Shown piece by piece: positions 1 through 9,191 of a stretch of 13,564 nt of DNA. The notes below the pieces were generated by a model. That model did not search any database. It saw only the letters and a program-made list of their open reading frames with translations, and was not told the origin of the DNA. Both the position numbers and the translations under genes were made by a program. Position 1 is the first letter of the stretch, and each line of letters opens with the position of its first letter. This DNA is from Octopus sinensis. Its lineage: Eukaryota. The stretch is from NCBI RefSeq assembly GCF_006345805.1, contig NW_021826120.1:1-13564 (forward strand), read 5' to 3'.

Positions 1-14
1 AAAAATTTTAATTA

Positions 15-1128
15 CACGAGCGCAATAAAAAACCGTTTATTTTGGTGAGTGTGACATTTTTTACTTTTTTTAGAATTTTAACCCTCGATAAAATTACGAA
101 GCTTGATGTAATAACAAAAGGAAAGATTCTAAGCTTGAATGCGTTAAATTGGACCACTAAAAAAATATCTGACGAGCTTAATATCCCGCGATCAACTATC
201 GTTGACTTCATCCGAAAATTCATTAAATATGGTACGACTGAAAGAATGAAAGGTTCGGGGAGACCAAAAATTCTTAATAAGGACGATATCCTTATTTTAC
301 TCAACCTGGTTAAAGAGGACCCCCAAAAAAGCTGATTGCTTAAGGAATGATCTCCGTAAAATAACCGGAAAAACAGTCGGTAAAAGATCCATCGCAAATT
401 ATTTAAGAAGGGAGCAAATATATGCTCGTGTATGTAGAAAAAAACCATTATTGAGCAAAATAAATAGTGAAAAACGCTATAACATGGCAAAGCATTTCAT
501 TACTGTGCCAAACACTGAATGGATGAGGACATTTTCAGTGACGAATGCAGTTTCGAAGTTTTTAATATTAAAAAACGGCAATATTGTTATCGGAAAAACA
601 ATACAGGCCTTCAAAAAAGCAACCTTTCGCCTACTGTAAAATTTGGTGGGGGAAAGTTATGGTCTGGGGCTGTTTTTCCTATTACGGAATGGGCTCGCTT
701 GCTTTTATACACGGGAATATGAATTCCGCACTTTATATCAACACACTATGTAACCATTTATGGGAATCTGCAAAAAAATGGAGCTTAGTGACTTTATTTT
801 CCAACAAGACATGGCACCATGTGATACTTCCAAGATGACTATGCGATTTTTTCAAGAAAAGAAAGTAAACCTTTTACCATGGGCACCTCAATCACCGGAT
901 TTAAATCCGATCGAACATATATGGGCTCATATGAAAAGGGAAATAAACACCTTTCATCCAAAAAATGTTTCGGAATTGAAAGAAAAAATCGAAAATATTT
1001 GGAACGAAATACCGATTAGTTTTATAAAAAAAATAATCGAAAGCATGCCGAATAGAGCACAAAAGCTTTTTAAGGCAAAAGGGGACCATATTGAATACTA
1101 ACTAAAAATAAAACGGTTTTTTATTGCG
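15..1128 (+). mobile_element. Tc1-family (DD34E) DNA transposon, degraded, right terminus clipped
   Basis: TA (13-14) is followed by CACGAGCGCAATAAAAAACCGTTTATTTT (15-43). Its inverse copy AAAATAAAACGGTTTTTTATTGCG lies at 1105-1128 with a 1-nt indel and the outer 6 bp missing. The two ends enclose a Tc1 transposase. Confidence 0.9.
87..1101 (+). pseudogene. Tc1 transposase, frameshifted across several ORFs
   Basis: HTH region with GSGRPK (ORF 42-335), then IFSDECSF (D1), VMVWGCFS, FQQDMAPC (D2) and WAPQSPDLNPIEHIW (E). There are 34 residues between D2 and E. Ends GDHIEY*. No clean ATG start. Confidence 0.92.
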
Positions 1129-1982
1129 TTTGATTTTTTGTTAGTTATAATTTGTTAAGTAAAAATAATTACAAGTTCAAATATAAAAATAAAACTAGTG
1201 TTAAAAAATGATAAATTATTCAATTCTTTAATAAAAACAATATAGTTGCATAGTAAATTTTTGATATTTCGAAAAAACGGTTTTTTTTGCACCTAGTGTA
1301 GTCAATCTGTTCAAGGCTATAAACAAGCATGCAATCTCCCTTTATAACTATTACATTTGACTGGATGATTTTAAGACCTGAGAGTTTAAAAAATTGATAA
1401 AAATATCCGTCGATCTTTATAGACAATCATATTCACTTGTAACCGGCTAACAATGACTTTTATTTCAAGAAATAAATTTGGAAGAGGCCCGAAGTCACTT
1501 AGATATAAAGAGAAAAAAGTGCCCATTCATTTTTTAGTGACTTTGAAACATAAAGCAAATTTTGTCTAAATAGAGGAGAAATTTTGCGACTCACTGATTT
1601 AAAGAAATGTGTCATCACCACCGAGGATTCAAAAAGTTCTGACCAATGTTTGTTAATATTAAATAATGCTTTACTCAGTAATTCAGTCTTTCCCGTATTA
1701 GTTGAATGTTTAAATTTAATAATAAAAAATATTTTTTATGAGAAAATGTTTCATAGCAATGACATTTTCTCAAAAAATTAGAATTGTTTCAATCTTATAT
1801 TAAGAATCAGTTACGATCTATATAAATTTACAGAATTAATTTGAACTATTTAAGAACGATTGTTTTTGTAGCACAATTTTAAAAAGATCCGTGAGAATGG
1901 CTTTGCTATTCTCGAGCCTGCCCAAGTGTCTTGTGAAGGCATTAACTAATTAAAATATTCGGTCTTTTAGATATTATATTAT

Positions 1983-2013
1983 GTCGCGAGCGCAGCGCGC
2001 GACCGAGCGCTAG
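1983..2013. other. Isolated GC-rich hairpin followed by CTAG, possibly a rolling-circle (Helitron/Helentron) terminus
   Basis: GTCGCG-a-GC(GCA)GC-g-CGCGAC at 1983-2003, with CTAG at 2010-2013, in otherwise AT-rich DNA. Confidence 0.3.
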
Positions 2014-2469
2014 ACGCACTTTGACACCTAAAAGCCTATCATCAACAATTATTTTTAATTATTTAAATTTTTAACATGATTTAAAATTAAATTGAAATAA
2101 CTTAAGTTTTCATTGAATCCCATAAAATATTTTATAAGTAGACCTTAATAGAAAAAAGTAAAATCAATGAATACTGAACGCTAATTTGGTTTAGGTTGTG
2201 AGGGGGGTAATATTGACAGATCTCATTGCTATTTTTTCGTTTTAATCTCTAAAATTAGGTCTTCTAATCAAAAATGAACTGTGCAGACAGGCTTGCCCTT
2301 CAGAAGATTCTTGTTTTGACATTTTTATAAATTATGAAGCATTTAGATTTTTTCTCATTATTCTAAAATATCAATTATAAATTTAAAAATATTATTTTTA
2401 TTTATGAAATCGGTTTTAAGCTCATTCTGCTTTGGCATCGATTTTAATTTTTGTTATCGAATATATTTA

Positions 2470-3693
2470 ATCCCAAAACATCAGACCAAATTCGAGTCAA
2501 AAATTCCCGGTTTCGCTACTTCCTAATGGAGTACCTCAAGGCTCCTGTCTTTCTCCAGCCCTTTTCAACCTACACCTCAGTGATATGCCAACAAGCTCAG
2601 AAACACTACTCCTCTCCTACGCTGACGATCTTGCGTTCGCTTCCCGACACAAGATCATTAACACAGCGACTAGCTCACTTCAAACTCAACTTGACTCCCT
2701 AACCAAATGGCTAACATCTAACCATATGACTCCTTCAGCATCCAAATCATCTGTCACTGTTTTTACCTCTGATAAACGACAATTCAACTTAAACCCAGCC
2801 CTCTATGTGGCCGGTGAAAGAATTCCTGTTGTAAAAAACCCAAAAATCCTTGGTATCGTATTCGATCAACGCCTTTCTTTTACACAACATGTAAAGTTCA
2901 TTTCCACCAAAGTCAAACGCAGGCTGAACGCATTATGTGCCTTATCAGGACAATCTTATGGCCAAGCCAAAGAATGCCTCGCTCTGGTCCACAGACAATT
3001 TGTCAGAACATCAATGAACTATGGTAGTCCGGCTTGGTCATGAAACCTCTCTCCATCAAATCTCCAAAAACTACAAAGAATCCAAAACTCAGGCCTCCGT
3101 ACAATAACTGGCTGCCTAGCCTCCACTTCCATCGATCATCTTCATTGGGAATCTTGTATCCTTCCGTTCGAAGACCATTTGGAGATGAGAGGACTTCAAT
3201 TCCTCTACGAAATACAAGAAATATCTCATCCATGCCACAAAATCTCTATCTCAGAAAACAAAAGACATATTATCACTACTCTAGCCGATCAATGCAGACC
3301 TCTCTCAAAAATACTCTTAACGAACAATGGGAAAACTGGGAAGAAATTAATTCACGATTACTTCTCAACTCGTGCTATCAGGATTCTTAAAAATAACAAA
3401 CTCCTCGATTCTCCTCCGCCACCAGTCCATCCTTCAGAGCAATCACTCGACAGGTACTTCCGTGTCCAGCTTGCACGACTTTGCTCTGGACATTATCCCC
3501 TCTTTTTCGAAACAACACTCCGCACCCTCGCCCCTGAAGACCTTTTTTCCTGTCCTGGGCCGCCTCACCAGTCGCCACCTATTGGGATTCGGGATCTCTG
3601 GGAGCGCCCGATCGCCGCTGTCCGCTACCTGATTGCAGCCGGCTTCCTACATGCTAGAGAAGCCGGGGTAACTAACTAACTAACTAAAAAAAA
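2470..3693 (+). mobile_element. 5'-truncated non-LTR retrotransposon (RT C-terminal half, no RNase H seen; I-group/Ingi-Vingi-like, clade uncertain)
   Basis: NGVPQGSCLSPALFNLH upstream of and in frame with ORF 2585, followed by YADD, PKILGIVFD and LQRIQNSGLRTITGC. A single in-frame TGA at 3041 joins ORFs 2585 and 3179. C-terminal RVQLARLCSGH...DLWERP. Higher GC than the flanks; ends in a tandem tail. Confidence 0.88.
3669..3693 (+). repeat. (TAAC)4 TAA plus A-run, 3' tail of the non-LTR element
   Basis: TAACTAACTAACTAACTAAAAAAAA overlaps the ORF stop at 3677-3679. Confidence 0.8.
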
Positions 3694-3751
3694 TATTTTC
3701 TGTGCAGCACGCGGATAGTCTTAATCATCGATTTGGCCCTTGTGCTCCAAT

Positions 3752-3766
3752 GGTTGAGAAGCCCTG
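3752..3766. repeat. Orphan hAT (Buster-type) terminal inverted repeat
   Basis: GGTTGAGAAGCCCTG (reverse complement CAGGGCTTCTCAACC) closely resembles the TIR at 12379-12393. It is followed by ATTTAAAC, which fits the nnnTAnnn target pattern. No partner end was found. Confidence 0.65.
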
Positions 3767-3859
3767 ATTTAAACTCTCGATTAGATGAGCCTAAAGAAAT
3801 AAAAAAAATGAGTTAAGATCAAGTCATTAATAATAAATTTAAACAAAATTTGCGCAGCC

Positions 3860-4730
3860 TTATGCAGCAGGAGCTGCTTGTGGAGCTAACTTTTTTTATT
3901 TTTTTCTTCTGATAGCAGCAGGAGATCTTTCTTAATATTCATCGTTTCTTTCAGCTATAAATTATTTTGTCCGTACTTTTTTTCTGAGTCTGCATCAAAC
4001 TCTTCTTTTTTATTTTTATGAGAAAATTTTTGTAATTTTTATTGTTTTGAACATGCAGGTTGGAGGTTCTTTTAGGATGTTCATATTGGGTTCGGAAGTT
4101 ATGAGCTTTTCTTGCAGATTTTTTTTGTAGTAGCGTATCATTTTACCACACTGGAAGGAATGGATATCAGAAAGATTATCCTAGAAATTCGGTGAAATCT
4201 CATCATTTTTTAGTGGAAACTTTGCAAGAGACTCTCCGATATCTTCTGTAACTGCCATATCGACTTTAGTTCCGGTTACTGTCGATCACAAAATTACATA
4301 GGCATTGAATATTTCCATTGCTCCCTTTAATTAAAACGGCAATTGATAAAAAGACCTGTGACTGCGACAGCTTGGGGGAAAATCCATCCAGCATTGACTC
4401 TAAAATCGAAAACGAGGTCTTTTACCAGGGTTCTTCTTTCATCTCTTCAACTACTTGCTTAAAGTCCGCTTCAGAAGAGTAAGTGGGGTCTTGATAGAAT
4501 AAAAAGAGACTGATGTGACCAATCACGCCATCATCATAAGGAACGGTTTTTTTTTTAAAATTTTCACAAATAATTTCTTTTAAGTTGTCTTTAAGAATGT
4601 TATGTTCACAAGCCGCGTGGAACTTGTTAAATCTATGATATAAGTATCTGGGAGTACTTGAGAGTTCAGCTAGAAAAATCAAAAAATCCGACATGCTGAA
4701 AATAATTCTTGAAAATAGATCGATTTCAAA
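3860..4730 (-). pseudogene. tsp: Chlamydial-type tail-specific protease (S41A, CT441-like), internally deleted
   Basis: Minus strand reads VPYDDGVIGHISLFLFYQDP...SSEADFKQ...DLVFDFRVNAG..FPQAVAVTGLFI, then EDIGESLAKFPLKNDEISPNF*DNLSDI..YYKKNLQEK..QNNKNYKNFL..YGQNNL*LKETMNIKKDLLLL, stop at 3860-3862. The catalytic SAS/GKG segment and PDZ region are absent. The 5' end is approximate. Confidence 0.82.
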
Positions 4731-4877
4731 TTCAATTTTTTTGTAATAATTAGATATCTAAAAGGCTTAGAATATAAAAACATGCCAATTCCAGCGTCTA
4801 TTAACCTGTAATAATCAAAATTAGTTGTGAGTACACTTTTATACATGGTTTTTTTGAATTGAGGATGATATAATCCG

Positions 4878-5062
4878 ATGGATATTGAAAATACAAAGGT
4901 TATTTCTGCATTTACGCATGAGCCTCCCAAAAAATTGTTTCGATCACTCAAGCAGCTTTTATAAACGGTGTCACACGGAAAGCGATTTATGTTGCGATTA
5001 AGAAAAAGAAGCTGAGACTACAAAAAGATGCGACTCGTTTGACAGTCAAATTAGATGATCTA
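4878..5062 (+). pseudogene. euo: Chlamydial developmental regulator Euo, 5' fragment
   Basis: 4934-5062 reads IVSITQAAFINGVTRKAIYVAIKKKKLRLQKDATRLTVKLDDL, matching the recalled Euo motif VSITQAAKLHNVTRQAIYVAIKQKKLKA. ATG at 4878 with a GAGGA SD-like sequence at 4861. One base is missing in the A-run at 4929-4934. Confidence 0.88.
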
Positions 5063-5433
5063 GGTGCATCTGTGATCATTGTTAGAGATGATGTCGCTCT
5101 GTTAGGTACATAATAAAGCGTGTGGGTACCAATCATTTTTAGGAATTCAATCAAAAGAGAAGTCCCTGTAATGCCATCGGCATCATTGTCACCGTATATG
5201 ACGATCGTTTTTTTCGCTCAATGGCTTGCATCATCCGATAGACTGCAATATCCATATCTAGAAATTGATCTTCCACCACTAAATTTGGTATTTTTGCATA
5301 AATGTATTCGGAGATCACTTCGAAAGACTGAGATCCTCTAGAAACAAAAACCTGAGCCTTTACCGGATGGATATTGAATTTTTTAATAAAATCACACCAT
5401 TCCGGTGAATAGATTGAATAGACTCAAAGAGGA
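5063..5433 (-). pseudogene. recJ: ssDNA exonuclease RecJ (DHH family), 5' fragment, chlamydial type
   Basis: FNIHPVKAQVFVSRG..YIYAKIPNL...FLDMDIAVYR...(frameshift in T-run 5208-5214)IVIYGDNDADGITGTSLLIEFL..YYVPNR. DHH motif I at 5173-5193; truncated before the DHH motif itself. Confidence 0.9.
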
Positions 5434-5444
5434 ATAGACTCAAG

Positions 5445-5640
5445 GATTCCGTCCACTTGAGCTCAAGGTCTTCACGAATGCGATCAATATTCGAATATCA
5501 TTCAAAGAATAACAATGATCGTCATCCATCTGCCAATAAATGAGTATAAAGTTGACCTGTTATGTTTTAGAAAGTAACAGAATAAAAATGAATAATAATT
5601 CAGAATTCTGTGTTTTAAATAAGAACTACATATGGACAAC
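5445..5640 (-). pseudogene. secDF: SecD/SecF translocase fragment (SecF TM region)
   Basis: Frameshifted MTII(G)YSLND...DRIRED (DRIRED at 5468-5485) matches the SecF motif GYSxNDTIIIFDRIRE. A degenerate VH(D)V motif lies near 5630. Confidence 0.68.
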
Positions 5641-5653
5641 TCAAGTCATTCCG

Positions 5654-5707
5654 AATTTTAATATTGAATATTTACCACCATACTCTCTTCTCATGAATCC
5701 CATAGAA
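5654..5707 (+). pseudogene. Tiny Tc1/IS630-family transposase fragment, cut by a hAT insertion
   Basis: FNIEYLPPYSLLMNPIE matches the LPPYSPxLNPIE motif and ends exactly at the hAT TIR at 5708. Confidence 0.6.
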
Positions 5708-6260
5708 CAGCGTTTCTTAACCGTGTGGTCCTCAGAAATATGTTTAGGTCAATTAATTTTTATCAATATGGATTTACCAAATATGCTGGATCTGAAAACG
5801 TCTTTAAAGCGCAATGCATAATATGCGACGTCATAATAGGAAACAACTCGCTGAAGACGTCACAATTAAAAAGACATAAGGAAACAAATCACCCACAAAA
5901 TGCTGACACTGTCGAAAGGTAAAAAATAAGATTGGTGACAATGAACCTGAAAAATGGTTTTCTCCTTTGATTATTGATCATCTCGAAAATCTTGAAAATA
6001 AAATTTGAGATTATTTCCCAGTTACTGAACCAATTGCGACTTTGATAATACACTCTTTTATTCCGGAAATCAATAAATTAAATTATGACGGCCAAGAAAT
6101 TGATTTCCAAGAACAGTTGATTGAATTACGAAATGCTGTAAAGTTTACAGCTTTACGGTTACCAACTATACCATTTTCAGTTCAATTACACACCTATTCT
6201 CCAACTTTTCGGCAGTATATATTTTTTAGGATATTCTTTCTCCAAAATTGTGATGACAGA
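5708..6260 (+). mobile_element. Second Buster-type hAT element, internally deleted
   Basis: TIR CAGCGTTTCTTAACC preceded by CCATAGAA (nnnTAnnn). BED-type finger YGFT...AQCIIC...SLKTSQLKRHKETNH. The sequence then jumps to C-terminal motifs HLENL..., QEQLIELR and LFGSIYF..SFSK. Right end not found. Confidence 0.8.
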
Positions 6261-6262
6261 AA

Positions 6263-7085
6263 TTTTTTTTTTTCAAAGTTAACATGTAACTAAAATGGGG
6301 AATAAGTTATACACGAATTAATAAAGAGCCTGGAGGTCAGCTCAAAGTCGCCGCACTGCGTATCGAGTGGTAGTTTCCGCTGAGCACTGCGACCGAGATT
6401 CGCGGAAGAGCCAGCTCGTCTCCCTCCTGTCGTTGGTCTTCTTGGCGATTCTTCTTCTGCTGGCAATGCGGCAAGAAGGCGAGTCGCAGACCTGCCGACA
6501 ATTCCAGATGTTTCGAAGGCGAGGGGGACAAACTCGTAAGAGTCCGAAATATTTCCATACTTCGACCTCTAGCCACCTCAGCCTGAGCACTGGCGGAACC
6601 CGGGTTAGTGATGGACTTGAGTAACATCGACGCGGAGAACGAGTCAACACAAGTTGCGTCCCAAATCAGGGACTTGCCTTCCCTGAAAGGGGAGGTAGTC
6701 ATCCGTCAGGACGCTTTCCATCACTCCGGCAGAGACCGACTGGCTCTAGAGTGGAGGGGAAACCTGCCGACTCTAGAGCCCTTTTCACGACGTCATTGAG
6801 GTGAGTGTGGCGAGGAATTCTGCCAGCATTCTTCTTGCACGAGAGGGCGTGCAACCGTTCGGAGAGATCGTGGACCCGCACCGGCATGGGTGGGGCTGAC
6901 AGATGTCCAGGCCCAAACGTAAGCAGACACCAATCCGTAAGGATTCGTCGTCCAAGAGATGTCCCGTACTAGGGATAGGGAGTGCATTGAGCCAGTCTCT
7001 CCCGTATGCGGCTGGCAAGCGCAGTTGAGAGATGCCAGTTGGACTTGGTCCAACTTTGACCGGAGTTTGCACAGAGTGTCTGAGC
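6263..7085 (-). mobile_element. CRE-clade non-LTR retrotransposon, 3' fragment (CCHC finger plus restriction-like endonuclease)
   Basis: Joined frames give DWLNALP..G.LL....LRLG...CRCG...LHALSC....[13 protein letters not shown]...[15 protein letters not shown]...LIWDAT...AE....KY...FVPLAFETSG...RISVAVLSGN. Stop at 6337, A11 tail (T-run 6263-6273). GC-rich relative to the flanks. Confidence 0.88.
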
Positions 7086-8556
7086 AAAAAGAAATTAAAA
7101 ATATATCTTTATATTATGGGGTTTTCCAGTTTTTAAGTCAAAAGGCAAGAATTTAGCGTTGAGGCTCCAACCATTAATGTTTTTCCGAAAATTAGAACAG
7201 CAGTTTTCGAGGAATAAAAATAGTTATTCATTAATTGTTATTTCTTGCTAGGCGACGGAAATATATGAACATTTTGCGATAAAAAGAGTCATGATGATTA
7301 AGAGTTATTTTATTTATTAATGAAATTTTTAAATACTATTTCACTTTGAGATTATCAGAAATAATAAAATGCTTTCATATAGAAATATTCACAAAGGAAA
7401 GTAGGGTGGTAAATATTTAAGATTAATTCGGAATAATTTTAAGGCAAATTTTTGTATATTTTAAACAGAAAATCTCATTTCATCAAGAAAAATGATTTTT
7501 AATTTCAATTTTTAAACTTAAAGGATTATTCTCATATTTGTTTTAATTCAATTTTGTCTCACTGGTATCTTCATAGTTTGTTTGAATAAATAGTAGAAGG
7601 TTTTAAGACAATTGTTAATTGTATTTCTGAATTTATCCTATATTTAGAAAAAATTATCTTCTAACTTTTATAATGTCTATAATGGGTTGTCATCAATCAA
7701 ACTAATAATAATTTATCTAATTTAGAAGAATAATCGCCACCACGAGATCTGCTTACTCAGCGCAGTTCTTAACTAATTACTTGAAAAAAATAATGTTTGC
7801 TTTCAACACTAATGCTTGGAGGGTAGACACTAATAATTGCGGTTTCGTCGTTAAATCTCGGAAAACTTAATATTTGAAGTTTTTTTAATTTTACTATTTT
7901 GTTTTGAAGCACATATTTGTTTCCAGAATGAAATATCCCGCTGTACGCCTTAAATTTGCAGAATGCGTGTGTCTAATATCGTCTTTCTCATACGGTATGG
8001 TGGATATCCGTATTTTTAGCTGTTTTTTAAATAGTAGGACAAGATTTTGCATATAGGGGTGTTGGTAAACATGCAAGTCTTTTCTATTTGACAATGAGAA
8101 AGTTATCAATCGGGTTAAAGCCAATTCTTATGATCTTCCCGATTATTCACAGCCATTTTTTTCTCGTGGTTTTGTACATCGTTTTTTTAACTTTGAGATT
8201 GTTTTTTAATCATTCTCGAGGAATTATATGTCACCGTCCAGATAGGTCGGGGCGCCAGATCGGTTATGTATAAAATTTTTAATAAAAACTAGCTTTCGGA
8301 AGTAATTTTCTTTTTCTGTTCATTCTTTTGTTGATTTTAATATTATTTTTGCCAAAATATTGAAGTTACTGAGTTCATAAAAAACCAACATCCAGTCATT
8401 TCCAGATAATTACCGTATTGATTTTGCATTTTATTTAAAAACGCTTTAACCAAGGTTAGCCAAACAATTCTCAACAATAAAGTTTATTAGAAAAATCCAT
8501 TTTTAATTTTAAAATGTTGTAAATTTCTATTTTTATCATTAAAACTCTAAAATACA

Positions 8557-8619
8557 ATCCGGCCTACGGCCGGATGATTCAATGTGAATATTTTTTCCCT
8601 ATGCGGCCTTCGGCCGCGT
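8557..8619. other. Two GC-rich triloop hairpins inside the Ginger-like element
   Basis: ATCCGGCC-TAC-GGCCGGAT (8557-8575) and GCGGCC-TTC-GGCCGC (8603-8617). Confidence 0.75.
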
Positions 8620-8707
8620 CGAATTTGTAACAATGGCACAATTATTTCACAATTAAGTAAATATGACACGAGAAAAAACACAGAACGAACCCCATGAATA
8701 TTTGCAG

Positions 8708-9191
8708 TTAAAGTTTTTTTACTCTGCTAATATGTATCCTTTGATCTTTTTCATCCTCTTCATTAATTATCGTTACGAGTTCTCGATCCCTATTTTTCAC
8801 AATATATTTTTGTGCAGATATCTCGTCGTATAATGGGTATTTTCTATAACCCGGGTTTGCATCCCCATCATGGCGTATTAAAATTTCATCGCCACTTTCA
8901 ACTTCATCATATTTCCATTTTCTCCGCCTTTTCATTTTTTCTCCCGATTTTACAATATTTTCAAGGGCTTTTTTCCTTTTCCTGACAAGTTCAGTGTCTT
9001 CGATACAAAAAAAAACGCAACTTTGAGCCATTTTTAGAAATGTAGGTGTTGTTCTCCCTGAAACTAAATTTTTTGGCGTATCTCCGTATTCGTGCCCTTT
9101 CTTCCGAACTCAAGGAATCATCAAGGTGGCCTGATTCCAAATACTCCCTAATTTTTTCGAGGGTGTCTCGAGTTAATTCAACTAAAATCAT
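8708..9191 (-). pseudogene. Integrase-type transposase remnant: N- and C-terminal parts without the HHCC/DDE core
   Basis: ORFs 8991-9191 and 8708-9031 join by a frameshift in the A9 run near 9010. The N-terminus IREYL...RARIRRYAKKF and C-terminus GDEILIR...IHISRVKKL resemble the ends of Gypsy/Ginger integrases. Confidence 0.6.

Noticed and set aside
8-1089. Minus-strand ORFs 8-490 and 901-1089
   Set aside because: Antisense shadows of the Tc1 transposase with no recognisable motifs.
1427-1960. Possible host gene with tiny introns (ORF 1584-1781; GT..AG candidate near 1648-1678)
   Set aside because: Could not assemble a stop-free spliced frame or recognise any domain.
4679-5341. ORFs 4679-4951 (-) and 5120-5341 (+) as real genes
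   Set aside because: They lie mostly antisense to the euo and recJ fragments or in the intergenic gap; the recognisable motifs are in other frames.
3860-5640. A functional horizontally acquired operon
   Set aside because: Catalytic regions of Tsp and RecJ are deleted, with multiple stops and frameshifts. It is a relic, not a working system.
3752-5722. hAT TIRs at 3752-3766 and 5708-5722 as a composite transposon carrying the bacterial DNA
   Set aside because: The TIRs face outward from the insert, differ in sequence, and their adjacent 8-mers (ATTTAAAC and CCATAGAA) do not match.
6342-7156. Numerous overlapping ORFs on both strands
   Set aside because: A by-product of GC-rich CRE coding sequence; only the stitched minus-strand frames carry motifs.
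7730-8224. Coding-looking stretch (ORFs 7894-8124 and 8088-8273) left of the Ginger-like element
   Set aside because: No recognisable motif or consistent frame; it needs BLASTX.
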